A stretch of 64,000 nt of DNA from contig OX597822.1 of assembly GCA_951406725.2 (NCBI GenBank), forward strand, positions 22,072,001-22,136,000, read 5' to 3'. The notes under the pieces are model-generated. The model made no database searches and had not been told where the DNA came from. It worked only from the letters and a program-made list of their open reading frames with translations. Positions 1 through 13,140 of this stretch are shown piece by piece (position 1 is the first letter of the stretch; every line of letters begins with the position of its first letter). The translations under genes were made by a program, and so were the position numbers. Origin of the DNA: Octopus vulgaris (taxonomy: Eukaryota).

Positions 1-1962
1 TACATTGACCCCAGTGCATAACTGGTACTTATTTCATCGACTCCAAAGCAATGAAAGGCAAAGTCGACCTCAGCAGAATTTGAACTAAGAACATAAGGAC
101 AGAACAAATGCTGTTAAGTATTTTGCCCAGCATGCTATGGATTCTGCTAGCTCACCTCATTATAATTAATAATTATAATGATTATCATTATTACCATTAT
201 CATTATTATTATTAAGGTGGTGAACTGCCAGAACCGTTAGCATGCTGGGCAAAATGCTTAGCTGCATTTCATCCATTTGAGTTCAAATTCCACCGAGGTT
301 GGCTTATCTATTCTTGTTGAACCATCCAACCCATGCCAGCATGGTAAAGTAGATGTTAAATGATGATTATGATAATGATGTCATATATATTTGTGTGTGT
401 GTGTACATATATGTCATATCATCATCTGCATTGGTGTAGGCAGACCATTGAATGATGTTAATACATCATTTCATGTCCACTTTTCAAACTGGTTTAGGTT
501 GGATATTTAAACATGATCCAATGAATCAGAGGAGTATATCTTGCTCCAGTATCTCTCATCTTGTAGGGTTTTTATTGCTTGAAGCCCTTTTTAAGATCAA
601 CTTCTTTAAATTATGTTCTAGGTGGGTTTTTTTTTTTTTTTTTTTTTTTTTTCTTTCATGGCATCAGCACTAGTGAGGTTATCATATAACCACTCGGCTA
701 AGACAGAGCTTAGAGAAGAAGGGCGTGGTTTGGAATAAATGTACAAAGTCTCCTGCTATAAAGTACTGAATAAATATCAACACAAGGGATATTGATGGGA
801 CAGTCACATCAGAACTTCTGCCAAGTGTGAACATAACAGAAGAGAGACAAGGAAAACTATGTATCCAAAGGGAGAGAGAGGATAACTTTAGACAGCTGCT
901 TAGAAACCTTCAGCTTCTATACCTAGCTTATAAATTCACACTTATACTAATTAATAACTGGTGTACTTGGTTTTGTTACTAAATGTCCATGTGACAATAT
1001 GAAAAAGCTAGGGTTTTCAGAAAAAGAAATCAACCAGTTAACATACATACACATTACAAATACAATCAATCGGCAGAACTAAAAATATGCAAGATTTTTA
1101 TCAAGTTCAAGAAGTGACATTATTTTTGTTATCTATATTCCAGTGCTAGAGCTTTGTATCTTTGTTAGAAGCCAGCTCCTTCCATACAGAAAGAATTCAA
1201 ATAATCAAAAATAGAAGAAAATCTACATACATGCATACATACACATTCACATACATACATACACACACACTTACAGCATTAATTTAAACCAAACTTAGAT
1301 GTTTATAAAATTATTAGTAAATTATGTTTCATGTGAAAAGTATTCATTTTGACACATACATAGATATTTCCTTCTCTGTTTATCTATAATTTAATGTATA
1401 TACATTCAAACTTACATGCACATACAAACATAGAAATGAATACATAAAAATATATAGCTCTCTCTCGTACATTTTTATATATATTCATATTTGCATTATG
1501 GTTTATAGGTGTGTAAAAAAAGAGTAAATGCTACTACATACGTTCTTCTACACACTTTCACACTTGTAATATATGCCTATGTAATTATTTATGCCTACAC
1601 TCACTTACAGACACTCACGTGTGTTTATGCACTAAGATATATGCAGACACACACTGATACAACCCTATACTTGCAAATTATAAAAACAATATTCACATTA
1701 CATATAAATATAATAAATATGTTTAATAGATATTTATATATGCATACATGCTCACATGCATACTTACAGACATACATATATGCATATATAAATTTACATA
1801 AACAGCTACATGTAAACTTATATTTACATACACATGTAGAAATATATATTCAGTACAAACAGTTTCATACTTACACAAATGTTTAATATACAATTATATT
1901 ATTTATACACTAATATGTACATACAGATACACATATAATGTTATGTGTGTGTGTGTGTATAG

Positions 1963-2135
1963 TTAAACAAGAATATTATTGACAGTGACTTTGAAGTTAA
2001 GCCATTGTCCAATGATGGCTTAACCGACTGAAACTTCAAAGTCGCTGTTGACAATATTGTTGTTTAAGAATAAATTTGTATACTGCAAAAGTCGTTGAGT
2101 AACTCCCCAGATTAATGTGAAATTATTTTTATATA
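1963..2135 (+). repeat. Fold-back hairpin (1963-2067) plus tail, probably a PLE-type inverted 5' end
   Basis: TTAAACAAGAATATTATTGACAGTGACTTTGAAGTT pairs with AACTTCAAAGTCGCTGTTGACAATATTGTTGTTTAA (34/36 paired including G:U). There is an inner TTAAGCCAT/ATGGCTTAA repeat. It lies between microsatellites. Confidence 0.6.
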
Positions 2136-2139
2136 ACTG

Positions 2140-2211
2140 AACATACACACACACAAGTGTGGGTATATGTATATAAATATGTGTGTGCATGTAAATGTGT
2201 GTATGTATGTA

Positions 2212-2267
<56 letters not shown>

Positions 2268-2348
2268 GTGTATGTATATATACATATATGTGTATGTATA
2301 TATATATATACATATATGTGTATGTATATATATATATACATATATGTG

Positions 2349-2392
<44 letters not shown>

Positions 2393-2455
2393 TGTGTATG
2401 TATATATACATATATGTGTATGTATATATATATATATATATATATGTGTATGTAT

Positions 2456-2488
<33 letters not shown>

Positions 2489-2523
2489 AATGTGTGTGTT
2501 ATATATATACATATATGTGTATG

Positions 2524-2562
<39 letters not shown>

Positions 2563-2615
2563 GTGTGTGTGTATATATATGTGCATACACACACGCATGT
2601 GCATATGTGTGTATG
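2140..2615 (+). repeat. Compound (TA)n/(TG)n microsatellite; similar tracts at about 9480-9580, 23780-23970, 37515-37810, 54800-55030, 55360-55690, 58010-58230 and 60480-61030
   Basis: Read directly from the sequence. It explains the [12 protein letters not shown] ORFs. Confidence 0.97.
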
Positions 2616-3642
2616 TTACTACTCATATATAAACATGAACATCTTCAGCAGTGAGTGGGATATTTACTTTCTAAGTACAAAATAACAACAAGATTCAATT
2701 ATTTAAATCAATTTATTAATAGAGAGAGAAAATATTTCAATGTTGTTAACAACTGAAGCCAATGTCTGTTGACAAATCTGCTATTATCTTGTTATCTAAG
2801 ATCAATACACTGGAGAGCCAGTGTCTAAATATGAATATAGATGGTGTAAGATTGTGTTAATTAATTATTGGGAAAAAGAGTTCATTATCATCATCATCAT
2901 CTATAGTAACTTCAATAATGCAATAACATTTTTTTGATATAATTTTAAAGGTGAAAACAGCAGATAACTGATTATTATGAAAATAACTTCATGCAAAAGA
3001 CTAATATGTCCATCACTCCAGTGTTTCTTCATTCGCTTTTTCTCTCTCAAACAAAAAGAAGTCATTCAAAATATCTGTCTAAAGGTCATTGGTCAAGAAA
3101 ATATAACAAATATAACTCCATTAGGCATTTTATCATTATTTTGTGGGTAACAGGCCCCACGTGAAAATATTTTTCTCACAGGAGTTCTGGACCCCAGTAA
3201 TGAACTCATTTGCATACAGCCTATCAGAGCTCACCTTGACCTTGTTGTAAAGTTAACAAAGGTTAGCATTCAAAATGGCAACCTCTGATTGCCATGCGAA
3301 TCTTGTATTGTGCTCTCATTCAGATGCCAATATTATCGATACTGAACACATACGCTGGTTGGCTGTAAGTTTGAATTACCGAAAATCTCTAGTCAGTAGG
3401 AAGACAATTGGTGTGCAACCAACTGCAGCATCAATGAGAAAGATGGTTAGTAGTGGCAGAAACCGCTTTGGTGCTAGCAGACCATTGAAGGATTGTTTGA
3501 AAAGTGTGAAAGGAAAGGTGCCACTCAGCTCTCAGATTATGCCTAGATGCAAAGCCCAACATAATATTCATGAATGTGTTAAAAACAACCAATCTCTTGT
3601 TAAAACACACTCTACCAAGTAAACTCAAGTAAACTCCTATTA

Positions 3643-3813
3643 GGCATAAGAGTGGCTGTGTGGTAAGTAGCTTGCTTACCAACCACATGGTTCCAGGTTC
3701 AGTCCCACTGTGTGGTATCTTGGGCAAGTGTCTTCTACTATAACCTCAGGTTGACCAAAGCCTTGTGAGTGGATTTGGTAGACAGAAACTGAAAGAAGCC
3801 TGTCGTATATATG

Positions 3814-3854
<41 letters not shown>

Positions 3855-4081
3855 GTGTTTGTGTATGTTTGTGTGTCTATGTTTGACAGCCCCCAACATC
3901 ACTTGACAACTGATGCTGCTGTGTTTACATCCCCGTAACTTAGCGGGTCAGCAAAAGAGACCGATAGAATAAGTACTAGGTTTACAAAGAATAAGTCCTG
4001 GGGTTGATTTAGTCGACTAAAGGCGGTGCTCCAGCATGGCCACAGTCAAATGACTGTAACAAGTAAAAGAGTAAAAAGAGT
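3643..4081 (+). mobile_element. tRNA-derived SINE, GGCGCAGGAGTGGCTGTGTGGT family, with a CORE-like CTTGGGCAAGT block and a central microsatellite
   Basis: A-box TGGCTGTGTGG, B-box GGTTCAGTCCC and tail GAGTAAAA repeats. Further copies at about 6290-6980(+), 21350-21700(-), 40022-40392(-), 48920-49381(-), 52824-53237(+), 57825-58388(-) and 61980-62915(-). Confidence 0.9.
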
Positions 4082-6477
4082 ATGAAGAATGGTGTTATAA
4101 GTCAGCTGATCTCCAAGTTATGCCTGATTTTAGAAGGAGACAAGTAATTAGATAGATTTGCATCTATACTTAGCAGATTTTGTTAGGGTCCCATATGTTA
4201 AAAATGTGGATGGGAAAAATGTGGGTAGCAACCCTCTCCCCTTACTGTTTTATAAAGTAAACAACAACACAAATAACTATGCAGAGGCAGCCATCGTTGA
4301 AACAAGAACAAGAACAACAAGGATTATTAAAAGAGAAAAGAAGCAGGGTCATTCCTTACCCAAGTGACCTTATCTTATAGGCCATCATTTATGCACTCAT
4401 AAATTAGCTTGATAATTGAGCTTTGAATGGCTGTATGCAAATGAATTCATAACTGGGGTCCGGAACTCTTGTGAGAAAACAAATTTCGCTGGCCTCAAAC
4501 TCTTACTATTTGGTCCTTGAATAACTCTAACACTTTGTCTAGTGCAAGCATTCCAACCAAGCTACCTATCTCACTACTACCCCACCAACATGTTTCCCAG
4601 ATGTTCTGCTTGTATGTCAACTTCCTCCCTTTCAGCATTCTAGGAGAACCTCTGTCTCTTCTGACTAATTTATTTAAGATAATGAATTTCAGCAGTTGAA
4701 ATGGTTAAAATGCAGCTATATTGGCCACAAAAATGAACAGCATAAACATAGTTACAATTATTGAATTGTATCCATTGAGCAAGGCTCTCTTCCTTTGTTT
4801 GGTTCATTGCTCACTTGTTGTGAAATAGGGTTGGGTTTGGGCATGTCTATTCATCTAGCAGTGAAAAATTTCTTAATGAAAATATTTTACTGTTCATTTA
4901 TTACATAGACATAGATATTTAAATCTGGGGAACAAAATGAATACTGTTCTTAGCAGAAAACTGAGGCCAGATATATATATATATATAAGCATGGCTGTGT
5001 AGTTAATAAATTAGTTTCAAATGTCTACAATTATTGGCTTGGTTCCACTTACCACCTCATTTAGTTAAGTGTCATCTACCATAGACTGAGGTTGGCCAAA
5101 ATTTTGTGAATGTAATTTGGAAGACAAACTTTGTGGAAGCCCTCCAGTGCAACCATCATTGTTCTTAAGTGGTAGATATTATTGATACCCAAGTTTAAAA
5201 CTGCCATCTGATCTTTAGGTAACTTTAGCAGTGTTCATTCTGTTGTAATCTGATCATATTTTTGTCCCTTGGGAAAAAGCCTTGTGAAAGGATTTTGAGC
5301 CTGATCTTCTTCTTCTGAGTGGGCCATGAAAATTAGATTAAACAAAAGTCAATAGAATTGGGTCACATGAAATTTACCCTTTATTTTTTCATCAACTCCA
5401 ACTTTACAGTCTTTTACTTTAACATATCTAGATATTTTTTCTAATGCATCTGACTATGTGTTCTAATCTATCTCTTCTTCAAGCTATATTAATATTTCTC
5501 AATCACTGCACTATTATCACCATCTTCATAGCCATAACAATAATCTCCATCAACATAACAAACTGATGTTCTAAGTTTTCATGAATTTGATAAATTGTCA
5601 TTATGCCATAGTTTTTTATGTTTTTTACAATGATTAATGGCTCCACTAATTCAAATATTTGTGTCATAATTTATGGCATATTCTTTGAATGACTACAGCT
5701 TTCTAACTACCAATTTCTAAGTCCACAAATTAACTTTCACCAATCCATTGTAACTAAATAATGGTAATCTCTGGAGAGCATGACCTATTTTTCATTTGTT
5801 ACTCTTGCCATTTTAGATGACTTGCGTTGCTAATGCTCCAGGGAAAGATGTGAACATCTCAACATTCTCATGTAAATTCAATAAGGCTAATCACACATCA
5901 TCATCATCATTAACATATACATCCTCCTCCTCCTCCTCCATACCACCACCTCCACCTTTACCTCCTACTCCTCTTCATCCACCACCTCTACCTTGTTAAT
6001 GCCATCATCCTTGTCATCATCATCATCATTGTTTTACATGTGTTTCTCCATGGTTACATGTGTTGAGCATGTCTAAGAGCATCTCACCACCTGTCGTGAT
6101 CATTCATCATCCCCCCCACACACACACACACACAACAACGGAGAAAATCACTAATATCTATTAATGTTCATGGCATTGTTTTTTTCTCTTTTGACATGAT
6201 TTTTATGACTGGATGTCCTATTTATCATATCAGTCACTTTTACATCATGGATTGAAAGCATTTTATCCTGCCTTCAATGCAAAAGAATTAGGTGCAAGTG
6301 TAGCTGTGTGGTAAGAAGGTTGTATCTCAACCACAGGGTTCTAGTTTCATTCCCACTATATGGTACCTTGGGAAAATGTCTTATACTACAGTGTCAGGCC
6401 AACCAAATTCTTGTGAGTGAATTTGGTAGATGGAAACTGAAAGAAGCCTTGTGTATGTGTGTGTGTGTGCATGGAGT

Positions 6478-6533
6478 GGTCACTACTGATGAGCTTGTAA
6501 TTTTTCAGGCAAGACTAGTCTAGTCTAGTGATC
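6478..6533 (+). ncRNA. Decayed minimal hammerhead ribozyme motif at the head of a PLE-like insert (about 6470-6715) inside a SINE microsatellite
   Basis: GGUCACUA-CUGAUGA-GCUUG(UAAUUUUU)CAGGC-AAGA-CUAG-UC-[UAGUC duplication]-UAGUGAUC. Stem I is 8 bp, stem II 5 bp, stem III is the palindrome CUAG and the site is GUC. The GAAA box is mutated to AAGA. Confidence 0.68.
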
Positions 6534-6721
6534 TAGCTTTGCTTATGGGGCAGTTATCTCCCAGGTCAGTATATGAAAATGTGCTTTCTTGTAACTCTGT
6601 TTTAACACTTATTTCTAGCAATATAAGTGCTACCCGGTACCCTCAGTCACAACTAGTGACTATTGAATTTTTCGTTTTGGTTTTATATTGCATATAGCTG
6701 TCTTTGTTATTGTATATATAA

Positions 6722-6759
<38 letters not shown>

Positions 6760-8617
6760 TGTATGTATGTATGTATGTATGTGTGAGTGTGACTGTGTGA
6801 GTGTTTCTGTTTATCCCCCAGCACTACTTGATAACCAGTGTTGGTGTGTCTAACTATCAGAATTAAAAAATATGTACTAGAGTCAATTCATTTGTTTAAA
6901 AATTCTTCAAGACAATGCCCCAGCATGGCCACAGTCTTTTGAATGAGACAAGTAAAAAAAATAACAGAGAAGATAAAAGTTAATGCAGGGTTAAAAAGTT
7001 AAAAAGCCCCCTCTACACTGTATTAGATATATTTTTCTTTGTTCAGAGTTACTGCTTTCTTAGATGGATCACTTACACTGTGGCTTGTAAAGTTTATGCC
7101 TTTTCTATTTGTTTATTTGAAAGTTAAAATGAAAGGAGAGTATATTGTACATATACAAAAAAGCTGAAATGGTGTCTATCTTTTCTATTTATTCTAGTAA
7201 GGTCAGAGCCATCTCATTATACAAGATATGAGCCTCTCATTCAGCTCATTGAGTATCTGTATGTATCATCTCTTTGTTTTAATTCTGAATCTAATTCCTG
7301 CTGATATTGATCATCACCATGCTTTTACTTGAAGACTATCCTTATTTATCACCCATTGAAGGATACTGCAGCTTTGAATTAGAAATATGTTTTACCTGTG
7401 TCTATACATTGTGTGTGTGTGTACGTGCATGAATAGGAAGATGGGCATATTATAAACGAACAGTTACATAAGAACACAATCTACAAAAGACCTATAGAAT
7501 ATTTTACATTCCATGTATAAATGGATCAATAAATAGTTGATCGCTGTAGCTACAAAGCTGCTGTTGCTTCACTGGGGAGATGGTTTATATATCCCTACTA
7601 AAAGGATAGATGTACTTGTGTATTTAGATGAAATCACATTAGTGAATGGCTGTGTGGTTTCCAAATATTCCACCAACCCTTGAGAACAAGGCCTCAGCTC
7701 ATAATTGCTCATTCTCAATACAACAAACCTAAACAAAGATTCTGTACATGTAAAGAATCAATATGTGTGTGTGTGCATGTATGTTTGAATGTATAAATAA
7801 GTACAAACATATATAAGAAGGCACTTGTTTGTGCCAATGCATGCATGAACTACATGGAGAGCACATGTATAATCATTCATGCAAACATGTGTGTATGTGT
7901 GTGAATGATATTTAACATGAACAGAAATTCATTTATGCTCACATCTATGCATAAATCTATCGTTGTTTACATATTTATCTGTGTATATGTGAATATAAAT
8001 GTGTGTGTCTGTGATGCTAGATTCAATTAATTAGATAATGAGGATGAATACAAAAGAGGCAATTTGTACACATTTACAGTCTAATGGGGTTGAATTATAT
8101 CCTGTCCTCATATCTGCTGTCACTTTATTACACTCCAAGCGTTAATCATTTGTGCATCAGTTGCACAGCTGTTAAAAATCTTTAATGATAGTTGAAGCTT
8201 TTAGAAGTTCAAATATCTCCAAAATAATGTTTTCTTTGGAATGAGCAGCAAGACTGTATAATTTAATGGTGAAACAGAATGCAATGTTTTGGCAAGAATG
8301 CTTTTATATATGCCACTTGCAGAATAAGTGGTGTAAAATGGTTTAATCAACAATTGAAAAAATATTGCCAATTCCACTCACCAGGAGCTTACCTCTTGCT
8401 TTACAACTTCTGCAATAAACATTTTCAAAATATTGATTTCTGTTTATGGATTATGCAAACTTTATCTGTTCATCTGTATTTATAATGATATTTTAAAATT
8501 TGGTAACCCTTTCATCCTTAGCATCCCAGTTATTTTTTAATTTTGCTCTTCAAATTTTCTCAATACTGTAAGAATCTCACAGAATGTTTGGTCTCTAAAT
8601 TTATTCATTTAAATTGG

Positions 8618-8652
<35 letters not shown>

Positions 8653-8896
8653 ATGTGTGTGTCATAAGACCTGTCCACCACAGCAGAATTGATATCAGTG
8701 TTGGTGCCAAGTAAAAAGCACTGGTGCTGATGCCACATAAACAGCACCCTGTACACTTCGTAAAGAGGTTAACATTTGGAAGGGCATCTAGCCTTAGAGC
8801 AGATAATGCAGCCCCTAGTCTTACCAGTTCTCGTCAAACCATCCAACCCAAACTAGCATGGAAAACAGATGGTGATTATGATGGTGTGATATATAT

Positions 8897-9479
8897 ATTC
8901 ATAAATGAGGGTGAAAAATTTGATATTAATTTAATAATACCATCAATTTAACACCAAGTGGCTTAGCACATAAAAACCAAGGGAAAAATACAAATTTATA
9001 TATAAATATTAGAGAGTAACCACTATGTGGTTCACTCTAGTGCTAAAAATAGCTCCGCTAATGGTATAGCCACTAAAAGTTGTTTCCAAGAAGAAATACC
9101 ACTACATTTAACGTAAGGTAAGTGAAACACAACGAAAAAATAGATTAACCCTGAACAATTGTTTCATTATTAATGTAATATGCAATTTTACTTACACAAC
9201 ATCCATAAATCTTCAGCAGAGGTTTGTCTTAAATACAATTTATTAAGTCGCAGCAAACGTCAAATACACATGTGGTTTAATTGATTGTATTTGTAGTTAT
9301 GATTAAAATTTCCCCACCAAAAGAGCGATAAGACTTACTGGAAACGAGTACTGCAGTATAATTAAATTCATAAATGAGGGTGAAAAATTTGATATTAATT
9401 TAATAATACCATCAATTTAACACCAAGTGGCTTAGCACATAAAAACCAAGGGAAAAATACAAATTTATACATAAATATT
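8897..9479 (-). mobile_element. Retrozyme/PLE pseudo-LTR-like element: 469-bp unit with 114-bp terminal direct repeats and one hammerhead
   Basis: 8897-9010 and 9366-9479 match with 1 mismatch. Hammerhead motif at 9147-9224 on the minus strand. No ORF. Flanked by (TA)n. Confidence 0.75.
9147..9224 (-). ncRNA. Minimal type-I hammerhead ribozyme motif
   Basis: Minus strand reads AACCUCUG-CUGAAGA-[long imperfect stem II: UUAU/AUAA, AUGU/ACAU, UGUGUAA/UUGCAUA]-GAAA-CAAUUG-UU-CAGGGUU. The core boxes are canonical, stem III is palindromic, the triplet is GUU and stem I pairs CUCUG with CAGGG. Confidence 0.72.
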
Positions 9480-9480
9480 C

Positions 9481-9572
<92 letters not shown>

Positions 9573-10554
9573 TATATATAGTGCATTTATTCACACTATA
9601 AAAGTTTCGAAATGTTCTTTCATATTCAAGTAAAATGATTTCTAGATGAAATGGTTAGAAACAGATAAAAGTACTCCGCTGAGAAACATTTGATTCAAGA
9701 AACTTGATGGATTAAGGACCATTTACTCATGAGTTCAAAACTTGCAATGGCTTTTGTTTTTTGTCTTTGGCCAAGGTACAATATGACTCTGTTAACCATT
9801 TTTATCCAACTGAAAACAGGTTTTATTGTCAACTTCACACTTGAAGCTGAAAGTATTAGGAGCGGCACTTAGCTTTTCTAATTCCACTTGTCAACAGGTC
9901 TGTCTGAGATGTATGTAGAGTGATTAACCATTCTATATGCATGCATTCAGTGTCCAGGTATTGCTGACTTGTGGTATCATATCAAACACCCAATGTTGAA
10001 TCCAGCTGCCAATCAAATTTATTGAAGGTTGCCAAACCACCCTCCTTTATCTCGGCAATTTTCTTCTGTCCGATGGCTATTGTAAAAGAGGTTGTTGGGT
10101 AGACAGGGTCGAAAGGTTTAAGGATAGAAATTTTCTTCTTTGATAGAGTTCATATCAACTTTTTCAAATTTCACTTCAAAAAGGAAAGTGAGGTTAGAAG
10201 GTGCTGTCTTTGAATGCATTCAATAAAGATTGGTAAGAGTAGATGGAACTACTCTAAGCATAAGCCTCTAAGCCAGTAAATGATATACAGAGTGGAGCAC
10301 TCTTAGTGATCAGGGTGATCTAGGATCAACAGGGTTCCTAGACAGAGATCCTGTTATACCAGGAGTACAGCATGATCATCTATTATTTGTATACCATGTT
10401 TACTTGTATTTCATATTTTTATTTCTTTCTTTTGTTTTCTTTATAAATCTCCATACTATGTATGTCTTTATGATTTCCTCCTCATCCATAATACTGGTGG
10501 CAAATAATGAAATAATGATGATAATAATGATAATAATAATAATTATTATTATTA

Positions 10555-11110
10555 TTGATTGAGAGAGCAGTGCATACCATCAAAGTGATACTAGGGTAAA
10601 ATATATGAAGCCCAGTATACTCATCATAACTACCCATCTGAAAGGGTACATCAGTCACATGCATTACAACCATATGCGCAGGACATAGTTATCTCATATC
10701 AAGATAAACAGTGCATGATCTTGCAAGTGGAACCCAGTTAGAATTTTCTTCAGATAGAGTAACCCATCCCATTCAAAAGGTTCGTGAATGAAGTTGTTTA
10801 AAAGATGATGAACGAAACACCCATATTTCCAGAGGTGAATTATCCAAACCCCAATGAATTCCTCTCAACACATGGTTATAATGCTTCCCCACTACTTCTG
10901 CTCATGAACAGAGATGAATATATTGTCAGCCACTATGGGACATGCTCAGCTGGTTATGGTCAAGCAACTGACAAGCAAATCTGTGGTATTGAGCAGAATA
11001 TTTGCTGTAGCCCCTCTTTTATACCAAGACAAAATGTACATGATAACACTTCCAATCAGTAAAGATCAGAAGCCACGAGAGCCACTGCCTGGCATTGCAT
11101 CAGGGCATTT
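10555..11110 (+). repeat. Unclassified ~550-bp interspersed repeat flanked by (TAA)n, with an inverted copy at about 16575-17107 and a partial copy at about 39330-39520
   Basis: Shared blocks such as CCAGAGGTGAATTATCCAAACCCC, CTGCTCATGAACAGAGATG and GCTGTAGCCC.TCTTTTATACCAAGACAAAAT are read in reverse complement at 16.6-17.1 kb. Confidence 0.8.
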
Positions 11111-11120
11111 ATTATTATTA

Positions 11121-11496
11121 TTACCTCCGCCTTAGCAAAGGCAGAGGTATTGTTTTCAGTTGTATGTTTTTTTTTTGTTTGTTTGTTTGCTCATGGACAA
11201 GATATCTCAACAACCATTGGATGGATTCGGATGAAACTTTCAAGGATGCTTGACCTTCTGACTGGCACAAACTGATTAGATTTGGAGATTGATATGATAC
11301 AGGACAAGGATTCTGGATTATTTTTCCATTTTTTTTACTTAATTTTTGAGAGCAGCCGAGTTCGATTTTAGAATTCTCGTTTGTGAGAACAGTCAAGTTT
11401 ATTTCAGGTATTCTCATTTTAAAAATCATTTCTGGCTAATCGTCTAGAGGACGTTGGTGTTGCCTTGGTGAAGGTTTGTGCTCTCTGAGTGCTCTT
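11121..11496 (+). mobile_element. Helentron-associated non-autonomous element (HINE/DINE-like)
   Basis: 5' palindrome ACCTCCGCCTT-AGCA-AAGGCAGAGGT, then a (GTTT)n tract. A 3' subterminal inverted copy GGTGAAGGT is followed by the short hairpin GTGCTC-TCT-GAGTGC. Inserted in (TTA)n with no TSD. Confidence 0.75.
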
Positions 11497-12779
11497 ATTA
11501 TTATTAAGAAGGAGGTGAGCTGGCAGAACCATTAGCATGCTGGGCAAGGTGCTTAGTGGTATTTCATCCGTCTATACATGCTAAATTCAAATTCCACCAA
11601 AGTCGACTTTACCTTTCATCCTTTTGGGGTTGATAAAGTAAGTACCAGTTGAGTACTGGGGTTGATGTAATCAACTACCCCTCTGCCAAATTTCAGGCCT
11701 TGTACCTATAGTAGAAAGGATTATTATTAAAGTGATGTGCAGGTAGAATCGATAGTATGCCAGGCAAATTGCTTTGCAGTATTTTGCCTTTCTTTACATT
11801 CTGAGTTTAACTTCTGCCAAGGTCGACTTAGCCCTTCATCTTTTTGGGATCGATAAAATAAGTACTAGTTGAGTACTGGAGTCAATGTAATCGACTTATC
11901 CCCCTCCTTCAAAATTGCTGGCTTTGTGCCAAAATTTGAAATCATCATCATCATCATCATTATTAGGGTGCTGGTTGGCAAAATCACTAGAGTATCAGAC
12001 AAAATGTTTCATGGCATTTGCTCCTGGTCATTTTGATCATAATTCAAATCTCACCTGAGGTAACAACTTTTCATACTTTCAAGGTTGATTAAATATGGTA
12101 CCTGTCAAATACTAGAGTTTATTTATACAACTAATCCACTCTTCTCAATATTACCTGCCTTGTGTAAATATTAGAAACTATTTTTATTAGTTCTTTTTTT
12201 TTTTCAATAATTATTTGGTTATAAAAATTAAATATCTTTCATGAAAGTTTTGTAGTCTATTGATATTTGTATATGAGCACTAACCCCCCACCACACATGC
12301 ACACACACACATAAATGTGTGTATGTATGCAGAGAAAGAGAGAGAGAAGAGAAAGAGGAGAGATACATATATGTGAGAAAGAAAGAAGAGAGATACATAT
12401 ATGTAAGAGAAAGAAGAGGAGAGATACATATATGTATCTCTTTATATATAGAAGTGTGTGTGCATGTGTATTATTTCAGTTGTTATGTTGGAACTGATGA
12501 CTGCTATGTTTGAGAACCATTACAGAATAATCTTTGTTATAAAATTGCTTCAGGAAACTCATGTAACAGGACCATATTTAATATGATAGATACACAGCTG
12601 TAATTAGACATGGGAACACCTGTGGAATGAAGTTCATGAACTATGGAATGAAGTCCAGTAATTTATAAAACATAGTTGATAACTTCTGTTACCAAGGTTA
12701 TCTAATTAATGCTGCTGGCTGGAGGTGGTTGTTGCAAAGATCTAATAAAGAAGAGGTTGAATAGCACTGCAAGGACTGC

Positions 12780-13140
12780 AGTCTCTTGACCAACAAAGCA
12801 TTTCTCTATTCATAGATGAGTGTGGTTGTTTGAAATGAGCATAATCCATGTGATGGTGTACGTCAGTGAAAGCTGAGATGTTGAACAGAGGAGATCTGCA
12901 TAGTCTGAAGTGGAATGAGGTGAGCAGAATCTGTTGGATGTAAAATGCTTAACTTGATTGGGAGGCAGGATACAAGTAACTTGAGAGAGTGGCTGGGTAT
13001 TAAAGAGACCTACCAATGTATGTAGGAGAGACAACTATATTGGTACGAATATGTGATACAGTTTGGTGAAGACTATTGAATGATATATGCAGTGCTGGAA
13101 AGTAGTGATGTTGTTCAGAGGTTGGACTTTAGAGTAAAAA
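12780..13140 (+). mobile_element. Old RTE LINE 3' fragment
   Basis: Manual translation gives LKWNEVSRICWM* and RQDTSNLREWLGIKETYQCM*ERQLYWYEYVI, matching the RTE C-terminal pattern LERNE.SM.RWM...LRE.LGI....ERRL.WYGHV. Confidence 0.55.

Noticed and set aside
2020-2685. Long ORFs of [12 protein letters not shown] type here and at about 23.7, 33.4, 37.5, 55, 58 and 60.5 kb
   Set aside because: They are translations of (TA)n/(CA)n microsatellites with no protein-like content.
3275-3622. 115-aa non-repetitive ORF
   Set aside because: No recognisable domain or splice support. At most it is a very decayed LINE C-terminus.
8394-8473. Possible minus-strand exon (AG...GTAAGC) of an antisense gene
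   Set aside because: All three frames contain stops and no partner exons were found.
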